This document shows, piece by piece, positions 12,280 to 25,748 of a stretch of 64,000 nucleotides of DNA; position 1 is the first letter of the stretch; each line of letters opens with the position of its first letter. The DNA is from Malacoraja senta (Eukaryota), in the NCBI GenBank assembly GCA_038087875.1, contig CM075992.1, positions 1,490,001 to 1,554,000 on the forward strand, given 5' to 3'. The position numbers and the translations under genes are program-made. The notes under the pieces were generated by a model. That model was not told the DNA's origin. It saw only the letters and a list, made by a program, of their open reading frames with translations, and did no database searches.

Positions 12280-15200
12280 TGTCCAGTGGCCGGAGTAGCC
12301 AGTGTCCAGCGGCCGGAGTAGCCAGTGTCCAGCGGCCGGAGTAGCCCGTCTCCAGCGGCCGGAGAAGCCAGTGTCCAGCGGCCGATGAAGCCAGTGTCCA
12401 GCGGCTGGAATAGCCAGTGTCCAGCGGCCGGAGTAGCCAGTGTCCAACGAGCATTCAAAAACTGGGCTAGTGGTTGCCTCATGGGCCGAAGTGTCCAGTG
12501 ACCGGAGTAGCCCGTGTCCACTGGCCAGAGTAGCCAGTGTCCAGCGGCCGGAGAAGCCAGTGTCCAGCGTCCGTAGCCAGTGTCCAGCGGTCGGAGTAGC
12601 CAGTGTTCAGCGGCCGGAGTAGCCAGTGTCCAGCGTCCGGAGAAGCCAGTGTCCAGTGGCGTGAGTAGCCAGTGTCCAGCGGCCAGAGTAGCCAGTGTCC
12701 AGCGGCCGGAGAAGCCAGTGTCCAGCGGCTGGAGTGGACAGTGTAGCCAGTGCCCAGCGGCCGGAGAAGTCAGTGTCTAGTGGCCGGAGAAGCCAGTGGC
12801 CGAAGAAGCCAGTGTCCATCGGCCGGTGAAGCCAGTGTCCAGCGGCTGGAATAGCCAGTGTAGACAGTGTCCAGCGGCCGGAATAGCCAGTGTCCAGCGG
12901 TCGAAGTTGCCAGTGTCCAGCGGCCGGCGACGCCAGTGTCCGGTGGCCAAAGAAGCCAGTGTCCAGCGTCCGTAGCCAGTGTCCAGCGGACGGAGTAGCC
13001 AGTGTCCAGCGGCCGGAGTAGCCAGTGTCTAGCGTCCGGAGAAGTCAGTGTCCAGCAGCCGGAGTAGCCCTAGCCAGTGTCCACCGGCCAGAGTAACCAG
13101 TGTCCAGCGACCGGAGAAGCCAGTGTCCAGCGTCCGTAGCCAGTGTCCAGCGGCCGGAGCAGCCAGCGTCCAGCGGCCAGAGTAGCCAGTGTCCAGTGGC
13201 CGGAGAAGCCAGTGTCCAGCGGCTGGAGTAGCCAGCGTAGCCGGTGTCCAGCGGCCGGAGAAGCCAGTGTCCAGCGGCCGGAGAAGCCAGTGTCCAGTGG
13301 TCGGAGAAGTCAGTGTCCAGTGGCCGAAGAAGCCAGTGTCCGGCGACCGGTGAAGCCAGTGTCCAGCGGCTGGAGTAGCCAGTGTAGCGAGGGTCCAGCG
13401 GCCGGAGAAGCCAGTGTCCAGCGGCCGGAGAAGCCAGTGTCCAGCGGCTGGAGTAGCCAGTGAAGCCAGTGTCCAGCGGCCGGAGAAGCCAGTGTCCAGC
13501 GGCTGGAGTAGCCAGTGAAGCCAGTGTCCAGCGGCCGGAGAAGCCAGTATCCAGCGACCGGAGAAGCCAGTGTCCAGCGGCCAGTGAAGCCAGTGTCCAG
13601 CGGCCGGAGAAGCCAGTATCCAGCGGCCGGAGAAGCCAGTGTCCAGTGGCGGGAGTAGCCCGTGTCCAGCGGCCGGAGATGTCAGTGTCCAGCGGCCAAA
13701 GAAGCCAGTGTCCAGCGGCCAGAGAAGCCAGTGTCTAGCGGCCGGAGAAGCCAGTGTCCGGTTGCCAAAGAAGCCAGTGTCCAGCTGCCGTAACCAGTGT
13801 CCAGCGGCCGGAGTAGCCAGTCTCCAGCGGCCGGAGTAGCCAGTGCCCCGCGGCTGGAGAAGCCAGTGTCCAGTGATCGGTGTAGCCAGTGTCCAGCGAC
13901 CGGAGCAGCCAGTGTCCAGCGGCCAGAGTAGCCAGGGTCCAGCGGCCGGAGAAGCCAGTGACCAGTGGCCCGTTAAGCCACTGTCCAGTGGCCGGAGTAG
14001 CCAGTGTCCATCGACCAGAGTAGCCAGTGTTCAGCGGCCGTAGTAGCCAGTGTCCAGCGGTCGGAGATGCCAGTGTCCAGCGGCCGGAGGAGCCAGTCCA
14101 GCGGCCAGAGAAGCCAATGTCCAGCGGCCGGAGAAGCCAGTGTCCAGCGTCCGGAGAAGCCAGTGTCCAGCGGCCGGCGAAGCCAGTGTCAAGCGGCTGC
14201 AGTGGCCAGTGTCCAGCGGCCGGAGAAGCCAGTATCCAGCGGCCTGAGAAGCCAGTGTCCAGCGGCCAGTGTCCAGTGGACGGAGAAGCCAGTGTCCAGC
14301 GGCCGGAGAAGCCAGTGTCCAGTGGCCGGATAAGCCAGTGTCCAGTGGCCTGAGTAGCCCGTGTCCAGCGGCCGGAGATGTCAGTGTCCAGCGGCCAAAG
14401 AAGCCAGTGTCACGCGGCCAGAGAAGCCAGTGTCTAGCGGCCGGAGAAGCCTGTGTCCGGTTGCCAAAGAAGCCAGTGTCCAGCTGCCGTAACCAGTGTC
14501 CAGCGGCCGGAGCAACCCGTGTCCAGCGGCCAGAGTAGCCAGGGTCCAGCGGCCGGAGAAGCCAGTGTCCGGCGGCCGGAGAAGCCAGTGTCCAGTGGCC
14601 GGTTAAGCCACTGTCCAGTGGCCGGAGTAGCCAGTGTCCATCGGCCAGAGTAGCCAGTGTCCAGCGGCCGTAGTAGCCAGTGTCCAGCGGTCGAAGATGC
14701 CAGTGTCCAGCGGCCCGAGAAGCCAGTCCAGCGGCTAGAGAAGCCAGTGTCCAGCGGCCGGAGAAGCCAGTGTCCAGCGGCCAGAGTAGCCAGGGTCCAG
14801 CGGCCGGAGAAGCCAGTGTCCGGCGGTCGGAGAAGCCAGTGTCCAGTGGCCGGTTAAGCCACTGTCCAGTGGCCGGAGTAGCCAGTGTCCATCGGCCAGA
14901 GTAGCCAGTGTTCATCGGCCGTAGTAGCCAGTGTCCAGCGGTCGGAGATGCCAGTGTCCAGCGGCCGGAGAAGCCAGTCCAGCGGCCAGAGAAGCCAGTG
15001 TACAGCGGCCGGAGAAGCCAGTGTCCAGCGGCCGGAGAAGCCAGTGTACAGCGGCTGGAGTAGCCAGTGAAGCCAGTGTCCAGCGGCCGGAGAAGCCAGT
15101 GTCCAGCGGCCGTAGAAGCCAGTGTCCAGCGGCTGGAGTAGCCAGTGAAGCCAGTGTCCAGTGGCTGCAGTAGCCAGTGTCCAGCGTCCGGAGAAGCCAG

Positions 15201-17686
15201 TATCCAGCGACCGGAGAAGCCAGTGTCCAGCGGCCAGTGAAGCCAGTGTCCAGTGACCGGAGAAGCCAGTGTCCAGCGGCCGGAGAAGCCAGTGTCCAGT
15301 GGCCGGATAAGCCAGTGTCCAGTGGGCGGAGTAGCCCGTGTCCAGCGGCCGGAGAAGCCAGTGTCTAGCGGCCGTACAAGCCAGTGTCCAGCGGCTGGAG
15401 TAGCCAGTCCAGCGGCCAGAGAAGCCAGTGTCCAGCGGCCGGAGAAGCCAGTCCAGCGGCCAGAGAAGCCAGTGTACAGCGGCCGGAGAAGCCAGTGTCC
15501 AGCGGCCGGAGAAGCCAGTGTACAGCGGCTGGAGTAGCCAGTGAAGCCAGTGTCCAGCGGCCGGAGAAGCCAGTGTCCAGCGGCCGTAGAAGCCAGTGTC
15601 CAGCGGCTGGAGTAGCCAGTGAAGCCAGTGTCCAGTGGCTGCAGTAGCCAGTGTCCAGCGTCCGGAGAAGCCAGTATCCAGCGACCGGAGAAGCCAGTGT
15701 CCAGCGGCCAGTGAAGCCAGTGTCCAGTGACCGGAGAAGCCAGTGTCCAGCGGCCGGAGAAGCCAGTGTCCAGTGGCCGGATAAGCCAGTGTCCAGTGGC
15801 CGGAGTAGCCCGTGTCCAGCGGCCGGAGAAGCCAGTGTCTAGCGGCCGTACAAGCCAGTGTCCAGCGGCCGGAGCGGCCAGTGACCAGCGGCCAGAGTAG
15901 CCAGGGTCTAGCGGTCGGAGAAGCCAGTGTCCAGTGGCAGCAGTAGCCAATGTCCAGCGGCCGGAGAAGCCAGTATCCAGCGGCCGGAGAAGCCAGTGTC
16001 CAGCGGCCAGTGAAGCCAGTTTCCAGCGGCCGGAGAAGCCAGTGTCCGGTTGCCAAAGAAGCCAGTGTCCAGCTACCGTAACCAGTGTCCAGCGGCCGGA
16101 GTAGCCAGTGTTCAGCGGCCGGAGTAGCCAGTGCCCCGCGGCTGGAGAAGCCAGTGTCCAGTGATCGGTGTAGCCAGTGTCCAGCGGCCGGAGCAGCCAG
16201 TGTCCAGCGGCCAGAGTAGCCAGGGTCCAGCGGCCGGAGAAGCCAGTGTCCGGCGGCCGGAGAAGCCAATGTCCAGTGGCCGGTTAAGCGGCCGGAGAAG
16301 CCAGTGTCAAGCGGCTGGAGTAGCCAGTGAAGCCAGTGTCCAGTGGCCGGAGTAGCCAGTGCCCATCGGCCAGAGTAGCCAGTGTTCAGCGGCCGTAGTA
16401 GCCAGTGTCCAGCGGCCGGAGAAGCCAGTGTCCAGCGGCCGGAGAAGCCAGTCCAGCGGCAAGAGAAGCCAGTGTCCAGCGGCCGGAGAAGCCAGTGTCC
16501 AGCGGCCCGAGAAGCCAGTGTCCAGCGGCCGGAGAAGCCAGTGTCAAGCGGCTGGAGTAGCCAGTGAAGCCAGTGTCCAGCGGCCGGAGAAGCCAGTGTC
16601 AAGCGGCTGGAGTAGCCAGTGAAGCCAGTGTCCAGCGGCCGGAGAAGCCTGTGTCCAGCGGCCGGAGAAGCCAGTGTCCAGCGGCTGGAGTAGCCAGTGA
16701 AGCCCGTGTCCAGTGGCTGCAGTAGCCAGTGTCCAGCGTCCGGAGAAGCCAGTATCCAGCGGCCGGAGAAGCCAGTGTCCAGCGGCCAGTGAAGCCAGTG
16801 TCCAGTGGCCGGAGAAGCCAGTGTCCAGCGGCCGGAGAAGCCAGTGTCCAGCGGCCGGAGAAGCCAGTGTCCAGCGGCTGGAGTAGCCAGTGAAGCCAGT
16901 GTCCAGTGGCTGCAGTAGCCAGTGTCCAGCGTCCGGAGAAGCCAGTATCCAGCGGCCAGTGAAGCCAGTGTCCAGTGGACTGAGAAGCCAGTGTCCAGCG
17001 GCCGGAGAAGCCAGTGTCCAGTGGCCGGATAAGCCAGTGTCAAGTGGCCTGAGTAGCCAGTGTCCAGCGGCCGGAGATGTCAGTGTCCAGCGGCCGGAGA
17101 AGCCAGTGTCCAGCGGCCAGAGAAGCCAGTGTCTAGCGGCCGTACAAGCCAGTGTCCAGCGGCCGGAGCGGCCAGTGTCCAGCGTCCAGAGTAGCTAGGG
17201 TCCAGCGGCCAGAGCAGCCAGTGTCCAGCGGCTGGAGTAGCCAGTGTAGCCGGTGTGCAGCGGCCGGAGAAGCCAGTGTCCAGCGGCCGGAGATTCCAGT
17301 CGAGTGGCCGAAGTAGCCAGTGTCCGGCGGCCGGTGAAGCCAGTGTCCCGCGCCTGGAGTAGCCAGTGTCCAGCGGCCGGAGAAGCCAGTGTCCAGCGGC
17401 CAAAAAGCCAGTGTCCAGCGGCTGGAGTAGCCAGTGAAGCCAGTGCCCAGCTGTCGGAGAAGCCAGTGTCCAGCCGCCAGAGTAGCCAGTGTCCCGCAGC
17501 CAGAGTAGCCCGTGTCCAGCGGCCGGAGTAGCCAGTGTCCGGCGGCCGGAGAAGCCAGTGTCCAGCGGTTGGAGTAGTCAGTGAAGCCAGTGTCCAGCGG
17601 CCGGAGTAGCCAGTGTCCAGCGGACGGAGACGCCAGTGTCTAGCGGCTGGAGTTGCCAGTGTCCAGCGCCCGGTGAAGCCAGTGTC
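12280..17686 (+). repeat. 23-bp minisatellite array, arm A (consensus GCCAGTGTCCAGCGGCCGGAG(A/T)A), about 5.4 kb
   Basis: Direct reading; translated ORFs repeat every 23 aa (3 units = 69 nt). Confidence 0.97.
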
Positions 17687-20600
17687 AGGCTTCTCAGCCA
17701 GCTGGACACTGGCTTCTCCGGCCACTGGACACTGGCTACTCCGGCAACTGGACACTGGCTTTTTCTGCCGCTGGACACTGGCTTCTCCGGCCACTGAACA
17801 CTTGCTTGTCCTGCCGCTGGACACTGGCTTCTCAGGCCACTGGACACTGGCTTCTCCGTCCACTGGACACTGGCTTCTCCGGCCACTGGACACTGGCTTC
17901 TCCGGCCACTGGACTGGCTACTCCGGCCACTGGACACTGGCTTTTCCTGCCGCTGGACACTGGTTTCTCCGACCACTGAACACTTGCTTTTCCTGCCGCT
18001 GGACACTGGCTTCTCAGGCCACTGGACATTGGCTTCTCCGGCCACTGGACACTGGCTTCTCCGGCCACTGGACACTGGCTTCTCCGGCCACTGGACACTG
18101 GCTTCTCCGGCCACTGGACACTGGCTTCTCCGGCCACTGGACACTGGCTTTTCCTGCCGTTGGACACTGGATTCTCCGGCCACTGAACACTGGCTTTTCC
18201 TGCCGCTGGACACTGGCTTCTCCGGCCACTGGACACTGGCTTAACAGCCCGCTGGACACTGGCTTCTCCGGCCACTGGACACTGGCTTCTGTGCCCGCTG
18301 GCACTGGCTTCTCAGGCCACTGGACACTGGCTTATCAGGCCACTGAACACTGGCTTTTCCTGCCGCTGGACACTGGCTTCTCCGGCCACTGGACACTGGC
18401 GTCTTAGCCCGCTGGACACTGGCTTCTCAGCCCGCTGGACACTGGCTTCTCCGGACACTGGCTACTCCGGCCACTGGACACTGGCTTTTCCTGCCGCTGG
18501 ACACTGGCTTCTCCGGCCACTGGACACTTGCTTTTCCTGCCGCTGGACACTGGCTTCTCAGGCCGCTGGACACTGGCTTCTCCGGACACTGGCTACTCCG
18601 GCCACTGGACACTGGCTTTTCCTGCCGCTGGACACTGGCTTCTCCGGCCACTGGACACTGGCTTCTCCGGCCACTGGACACTGGCTTCTCCGGCCACTGG
18701 ACACTAGCTTCTCCGGACACTGGACACTGGCTTTTCCTGCCATTGGACACTGGCTTCTCCGGCCACTGAACACTGGCTTTTCCTGCCGCTGGACACTGTC
18801 TTCTCCGGCCACTGGACACTGGCGTCTCAGCCCGCTGGACACTGTCTTCTCCGGCCACTGGACACTGGCTTCTCCGGCCACTGGACACTGGCTTCTCAGC
18901 CCGCTGGACACTGGCTTCTCCGGACACTGGACACTGGCTACTCCGGCCACTGGACACTGGCTTTTCCTGCCGCTGGACACTGGCTTCTCCGGCCACTGGA
19001 CACTGGCTTCTCAGCCCGCTGGACACTGGCTTCTCCGTCCACTGGACACTGGCCTCTCCGACGACTGGACACTGGCTTCTCCGGCCACTGGACACTGGCT
19101 TTTCCTTCCGCTGGACACGGGCTTCTCCGACCACTGAACACTGGCTTTTCCTGCCGCTGGACACTGGCTTCTCAGGCCACTGGACACTGGCTTCTCCGGC
19201 CACTGGACACTGGCTTCTCCGGCCACTGGACACTGGCTTCTCAGCCCGCTGGACACTGGCTTCTCCGGCCACTGGACACTGGCTACTCCGGCCACTGTAC
19301 ACTGGCTTTTCCTGCCGCTGGACACTGGCTTCTCCGGCCACTGAACACGTGCTTTTCCTGCCGCTGGACACTGGCTTCTCCGGCCACTGAACACTGGATT
19401 TCCTGCCGCTGGACACTGGCTTCTCCGGCCACTGGACACTGGCTTCTCAGCCCGCTGGACACTGGCTTCTCCGGCCACTGGACACTGGCTTCTCCGGCCA
19501 CTGGACACTGGCTTTTCCTGCCGTTGGAGACTGGCTTCTCCGGCCACTGAACACTTGCTTTTCCTGCCGCTGGACACTGGCTTCTCCGGCCACTGAACAC
19601 TGGATTTCCTGCCGCTGGACACTGGCTTCTCCGGCCACTGGACACTGGCTTCTCAGCCCGCTGGACACTGGCTTCTCCGGCCACTGGACACTGGCTTCTC
19701 AGCCCGCTGGCACTGGCTTCTCAGGCCACTGGACACTGGCTTCTCCGGCCACTGAACACTGGCTTTCCTGCCGTTGGACACTGGCTTCTCCGGCCACTGG
19801 ACACTGGCTTCTCAGCCCGCTGGACACTGGCTTCTCCGGTCACTGGACACTGGCTTCTCCGGTCACTGGACACTGGCTTCTCAGCCCGCTGGCACTGGCT
19901 TCTCAGGCCACTGGACACTGGCTTCTCCGGCCACTGGACTCTGGCTTCTCCGGCCACTGGACACTGGCTTCTCCGGCCACTGGACACTGGCTTCTCCGGC
20001 CACTGGACACTGGCTTTTCCTGCCGTTGGAGACTGGCTTATCCGGCCACTGAACACTGGTTTTCCTGCCGCTGGACACTGGCTTCACCGGACACGGGACA
20101 CTGGCTTCTCAGCCCGCTGGACACTGGCTTCTCCGGCCACTGGACACTGGCTTCTCCGGCCACTGGACACTGGCTTCTCTGCCCGCTGGACACTGGCTTC
20201 TCCGGACACTGGACACTGGCTACTCCGGCCACTGGACACTGGCTTTTCCTGCCACTGGACACTGGCTTCTCCGGCCACTGGACACTGGCTTCTCAGCCCG
20301 CTGGACACTGGCTTCTCCGTCCACTGGACACTGGCCTCTCCGACCACTGGACACTTCTTCTCCGGCCACTGGACACTGGCTTTTCCTGCCGCTGGACACT
20401 GGCTTCTCCGGCCACTGAACACTGGCTTTTCCTGCCGCTGGACACTGGCTTCTCAGGCCACTGGACACTGGCTTCTCCGGTCACTGGAAACGGGCTTCTC
20501 CGGCCACTGGACACTGGCTTCTCAGCCGCTGGACACTGGCTTCTCCGGCCACTGGACACTGGCTACTCCGGCCACTGGGCACTGGCTTTTCCTGCCGCTG

Positions 20601-22312
20601 GACACTGGCTTCTCTGGCAACTGAACACTTGCTTTTCCTGCCGCTGGACACTGGCTTCTCAGGCCACTGGACACTGGCTTGACCGGCCACTGGACACTGG
20701 CTTCTCCGGCCACTGGAAACCGACTTCTCCGGCCACTGGACACTGGCTTCTCCGGTCACTGGACACTGGCTTTTCCTGCCGCTGGACACTGGCTTCTCCG
20801 ACCACTGGACACTCGCTTGTTCGGCCACTGGACACTGGCTTCTCAGCCCGCTGGACACTGTCTTCTCCGGCCACTGGACACTGGCTACTCCGGCCACTGG
20901 ACACTGGCTTTTCCTGCCACTGGACACTGGCTTCTCCGGCCACTGAACACTTGCTTTTCCTGCCGCTGGACACTGGCTTCTCAGGCCACTGGACAGTGGC
21001 TTCTCCGGCCACTGGACACTGGCTTCTCCGGCCACTGGACACTGACTTCTCCGGTCACTGGACACGGGCTTCTCCGGCCACTGGACACTCGCTTTTCCTG
21101 CCGCTGGACACTGGCTTCTCCGGCCACTGAACACTGGCTTTTCCTGCCGCTGGACACTGGCTTCTCAGCCCGCTGGACACTGGCTTCTCCGGACACTGGA
21201 CACTGGCTACTCCAGCCACTGGACACTGGCTTTTCCTGCCGCTGGACACTGGCTTCTCAGCCCGCTGGACACTGGCTTCTCCGGACACTGGACACTGGCT
21301 ACTCCAGCCACTGGACACTGGCTTTTCCTGCCGCTGGACACTGGCTTCTCCAGCCACTGAACACTTGCTTTACCTGCCGCTGGACACTGGCTTCTCAGGC
21401 CACGGGTCACTGGCTTCTCCGGCCACTGGACACGGGCTTCTCCGGCCACTGGACACTGGCTTCTCAGCCCGCTGGACACTGGCGTCTCAGCCCGCTGGAC
21501 ACTGGCTTCTCCGACCACTGGCCACTGGCTTTTCCCGCCGCCGGACACTGGCTTCTCCGGCCACTGGACACTGGCTTTTCCTGCCGCTGGACACTGGCTT
21601 CTCCGGTCACTGGACACTGGCTTCTCCGGCCACTGGACACTGGCTTCTCAGCCCGCTGGACACTGGCTTCTCCGGCCACTGGCCACTGGCTTTTCCCGCC
21701 GCGGGACACGGGCTTCTCCGGCCACTGGACACTGGCTTCTGCGGACACTGGACACTGGCTTCTCAGCCCGCTGGACACTGGCTTCTCCGGCCACTGGATA
21801 CTGGCTTCTCTGGCCACGGGACACTGGCTTCTCAGCTTGCGGGACACTGGCTTCTCCGGCCACTGGACACTGGCTACTCTGACCGCTAGACACTTTCTTC
21901 TCTGGCCACTGGACACAGACTTCTCCGGCCACTGGACACTGGCTTCTCCAGCCACTGGACACTGGCTTCTCCAGCCACTGGACACTGGCTTCTCAGCCCG
22001 CTGGACACTGGCTTCTCCGGCCACTGGACACTGGCTTCTCCGGCCACGGGACACTGGCTTCTCCGGCCACGGGACACTGGCTTCTCAGCTTGCTGGACAC
22101 TGGCTTCTCCGGCCACTGGACACTGGCTACTCCGACCGCTGGACTCTGTCTTCTCCGGCCGCTGGACACTGTCTTCTCCGGCCGCTGGACAAGGCTTCTC
22201 CAGCCAGTGGTCACTTGCTACTACGGCTGCTGGACACTGGCTTCTCCGGCTGCTGGACACTGGCTACTCTGACCACTGGACACTGGTTTCTCTGGCCGCT
22301 GGACACTGGCTG
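17687..22312 (-). repeat. 23-bp minisatellite array, arm B, opposite orientation (TGGACACTGGCTTCTCCGGCCAC), about 4.6 kb
   Basis: Reverse complement of the arm A unit; switch at GAAGCCAGTGTC|AGGCTTC. Confidence 0.97.
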
Positions 22313-22363
22313 GAGGGAGAGACAGAGGAGACAGGGGGAGAGTGACAGAGGCAGGCACCCTAA

Positions 22364-22442
<79 letters not shown>

Positions 22443-22458
22443 CACACACACACACACA

Positions 22459-22561
<103 letters not shown>

Positions 22562-22862
22562 CCTCCGACATTCACATCCAAGCCATGAAACTATAAACTA
22601 AACAGCAAAGGCTGCAGCACCCACCCACCCACCCACAGATCTTGGATCCGACCTGCCTTCGACCTGTGGACCAGGTGTACAGGCCAAACATTGGCAAGTC
22701 CCTTGGTCAAGTTCATACATTGTTTCAAAATGAGATCAGTGTTCTTAGTTGTACACACACACGCGCACATCAAATCCACCCGTCAATTGAACCCCCTCTC
22801 ATTCAGCCACCCTAGAATCGCGAGCCTCCACACATTCTGTGTTGCACAAGGGTCATTCAATC

Positions 22863-23036
<174 letters not shown>

Positions 23037-23433
23037 AGGGTCCACTCACTCCTCACTTCACTCAGATTCCACAGAATGTCTTTAAATTTTATTTTAAAGT
23101 GTCTCCTCGGCCCATCAGTCATCTGGAGTAGACCAGGAGGTGTCCCTAAGGCTCATCAGGCCTTTCCTGGCCCTCAAGCCTCAGTGTGTGATGATCATAA
23201 TCATCATAATAATCAAGAGTCAAGTGTTTGATTTGATGAATTTATTTTTATTTCATTGGAAGACACACTTTAATACAACTTGGCTCCATTTTCAGAGCAA
23301 ATGTCTTTGTTTTCCACAGCAGCAGCAGCAGCTGGCGCCAGGTCCTATATCCTCCTTCATTGTTCCGATCTGTAGAAAAATAAAAAGAGGAAAAAAGTCA
23401 AAATATGTCTCCCTCTTGAAGTTTTCCCCCTGT

Positions 23434-25740
23434 ATGTACTCACTCAAATGTATTACTGACCCAAAATTGGAAACAGGTGTTTAAAGCGTATGAAACATTC
23501 CTGACAATATTTAAATCATTATATGATGAACACTGTCCTTTGAAACAACACAACAAGAAGCAGAAATATATAGGTAGGCCATGGATGACAAAAGGACTAC
23601 AAAATGCATGCCAAAAAAAAAGAATATCTTGTATAAAGAATTCTGAATAGAATTCAGAACTATAGGAGGAAGGAGCAGAAAGTAAATACAAAAGATATAA
23701 AAACAAATTGACTAGTATTATGAGGACATGTAAGAAAGATTATTATAATAAAATATTAAACGATAATAAAAATAATATCAAGGGCATATGGAATGTGTTA
23801 AATAATATTATCAGGAATGGATCAATGAATATAAACTACCCTCAGTATTTTGAAGACAATGATACAACTGTAAGCGATATGAATGATGTGGTTATTGGGT
23901 TTAACACATTTGTTGTAAGTGTGGGACCAAAACTGGCAGATGAAATCGATAATCCACAGTCAGAAGAAGGAGAGGGGAAGGAAGGTTGTGGATTTGTTAG
24001 ACAGCAACCCAAACTCAATGTTTTTGAAAGCAGCTGATGAAAAGGAGATTATTGACATTGTTAGTAATTGTAAGAATAAAAGGGGTCTACAGACTGGAAT
24101 GCCACATTGATATGGTTTTAATCAAGGTAGACATTGGTGTAATTGTAAAACCCTATATTAACTTATATTTGCAATTTATCTTTCAAAACTGGTGTATTTA
24201 CATGTAAAATGAAAACTGCCAAAGTCATCCCACTATACAAAGCTGGAGACAGAAATCAATTTACAAATTACAGGCCGGTGGGTGGTGTCTCGTTACTCTC
24301 TCAGTTCTCAAAAACATTAGAAAAACTGTATGTAAGTAGATTAGATAACTTTATCGAGAAGCACGAATTGCTAGTTGATAGTCAATATGGATTCAGGTCA
24401 AACAGATCGACATCCATGGCATTAATGATATATGTAGGGTGTCAAACCTCTTGAAATTTGTGTTATTTGCAGATGACACTAATATTTTCTGTGATGGGGA
24501 CAATTTGCAGCATCTTTTGGAGGTGCTCACAGCAGAAATGAGTAAACTAAAAACATGGTTTGATTTGAATAACTTATCATTAAATTTAAACAAAACCAAA
24601 CTAAAGCTGTTTGGAAAACGCAAAATAAATGCACAAGTAAAAGTAATGATAAATAATGTTGCAATAGAAAGAGTGTATGAAAATAAATTTCTGGGTGTGA
24701 TTCTTGATCACAAAATCTGCTGGAAACCCCATATAAAACATGTATGTGAGAGCAAAAGTAGCTAGCACGGAGTATTGGAGTGATGGGGAAAGCAAGGCAT
24801 GTTTTGAATGAGAGAGCGCTGTATATTCTGTACAGCTCACTTGTGTTACCGTATTTAAATTACTGTGTGGAAGTATGGGGCAACACATCCACAAAACCAC
24901 CTTACAATCACTAAGCACACTACAAAAAAGAGCTATTCGTATAGTAAACAATGTAGGATATCATGAACACACCAATATACTGTATTTAAAATTTCACACC
25001 TTAAAGATTAAGGATCTGGTAGAATTTAAGACTGACTGCACAAATAATTTATAAAGCAAAAAATAAACTGCTACCTGTAAACATACAAAAACTGTTCAGA
25101 GACAGAGAGGGGGGGTTATAACTTTAGAGGGAAACTAAACTTGAAATTTGAAATTATGCTCGGACCAATTTAAAAAGTATGTGTATTTCCATTTGTGGGG
25201 TGGTTTTGTGGAATGGTCTTGACGAAACGATTAAACAAAGTATGAATATAATGCAATTTTTAAAAATGTACAAAAGATATATCTTTGAAAAGTACAGTAA
25301 TGAGGAAGGAGGAGAATGTAAATCTCACAGATGTAAATGGTGCTTGTTCTTTCTCTTCTTTTCTTTTTTTGTTCTATTTTTCTTAATTGCTTGATTGGAG
25401 TAGTTTTATTTGAATTGTCTGTTTAGTTTATTTTATTGAATGTTGCATTTGTTAATGGTGAAGAATGGGGGGTAGGACTTGACAAGCATAGGCTTCTTCC
25501 TATCCCTTTTCCAACGAGTCTAATGTGTATTATGTTGAAATTGGCTTTTGATTTTTTAATTTATGTATGTACATATATGTTATGTATATGTGTATGTGTG
25601 TATATGTGTATATGTATGTATGTGTATATGTACATGGATGTATTTATGTATATATATATATGTATATATATATAATTCTCCTTTATTTATTAATCATTTT
25701 CATCTTTTCTTTTCTTTTTTTTAATCGTTCGAAATAAAAA
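23434..25740 (+). mobile_element. Degenerate L2-group LINE remnant (duplicate of 1195-3500)
   Basis: Same RT motifs, identical ORF translations. Confidence 0.8.
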
Positions 25741-25748
25741 GATATCAA

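Noticed and set aside
12595..12615. miR-199-like CCAGTGTTCAG (miR-199 genes lie in dynamin introns)
   Set aside because: Only a satellite variant; the remainder of the mature sequence and the hairpin are absent
12280..22312. CRISPR-like regular repeats
   Set aside because: Units are contiguous with no unique spacers; eukaryotic context and no cas genes
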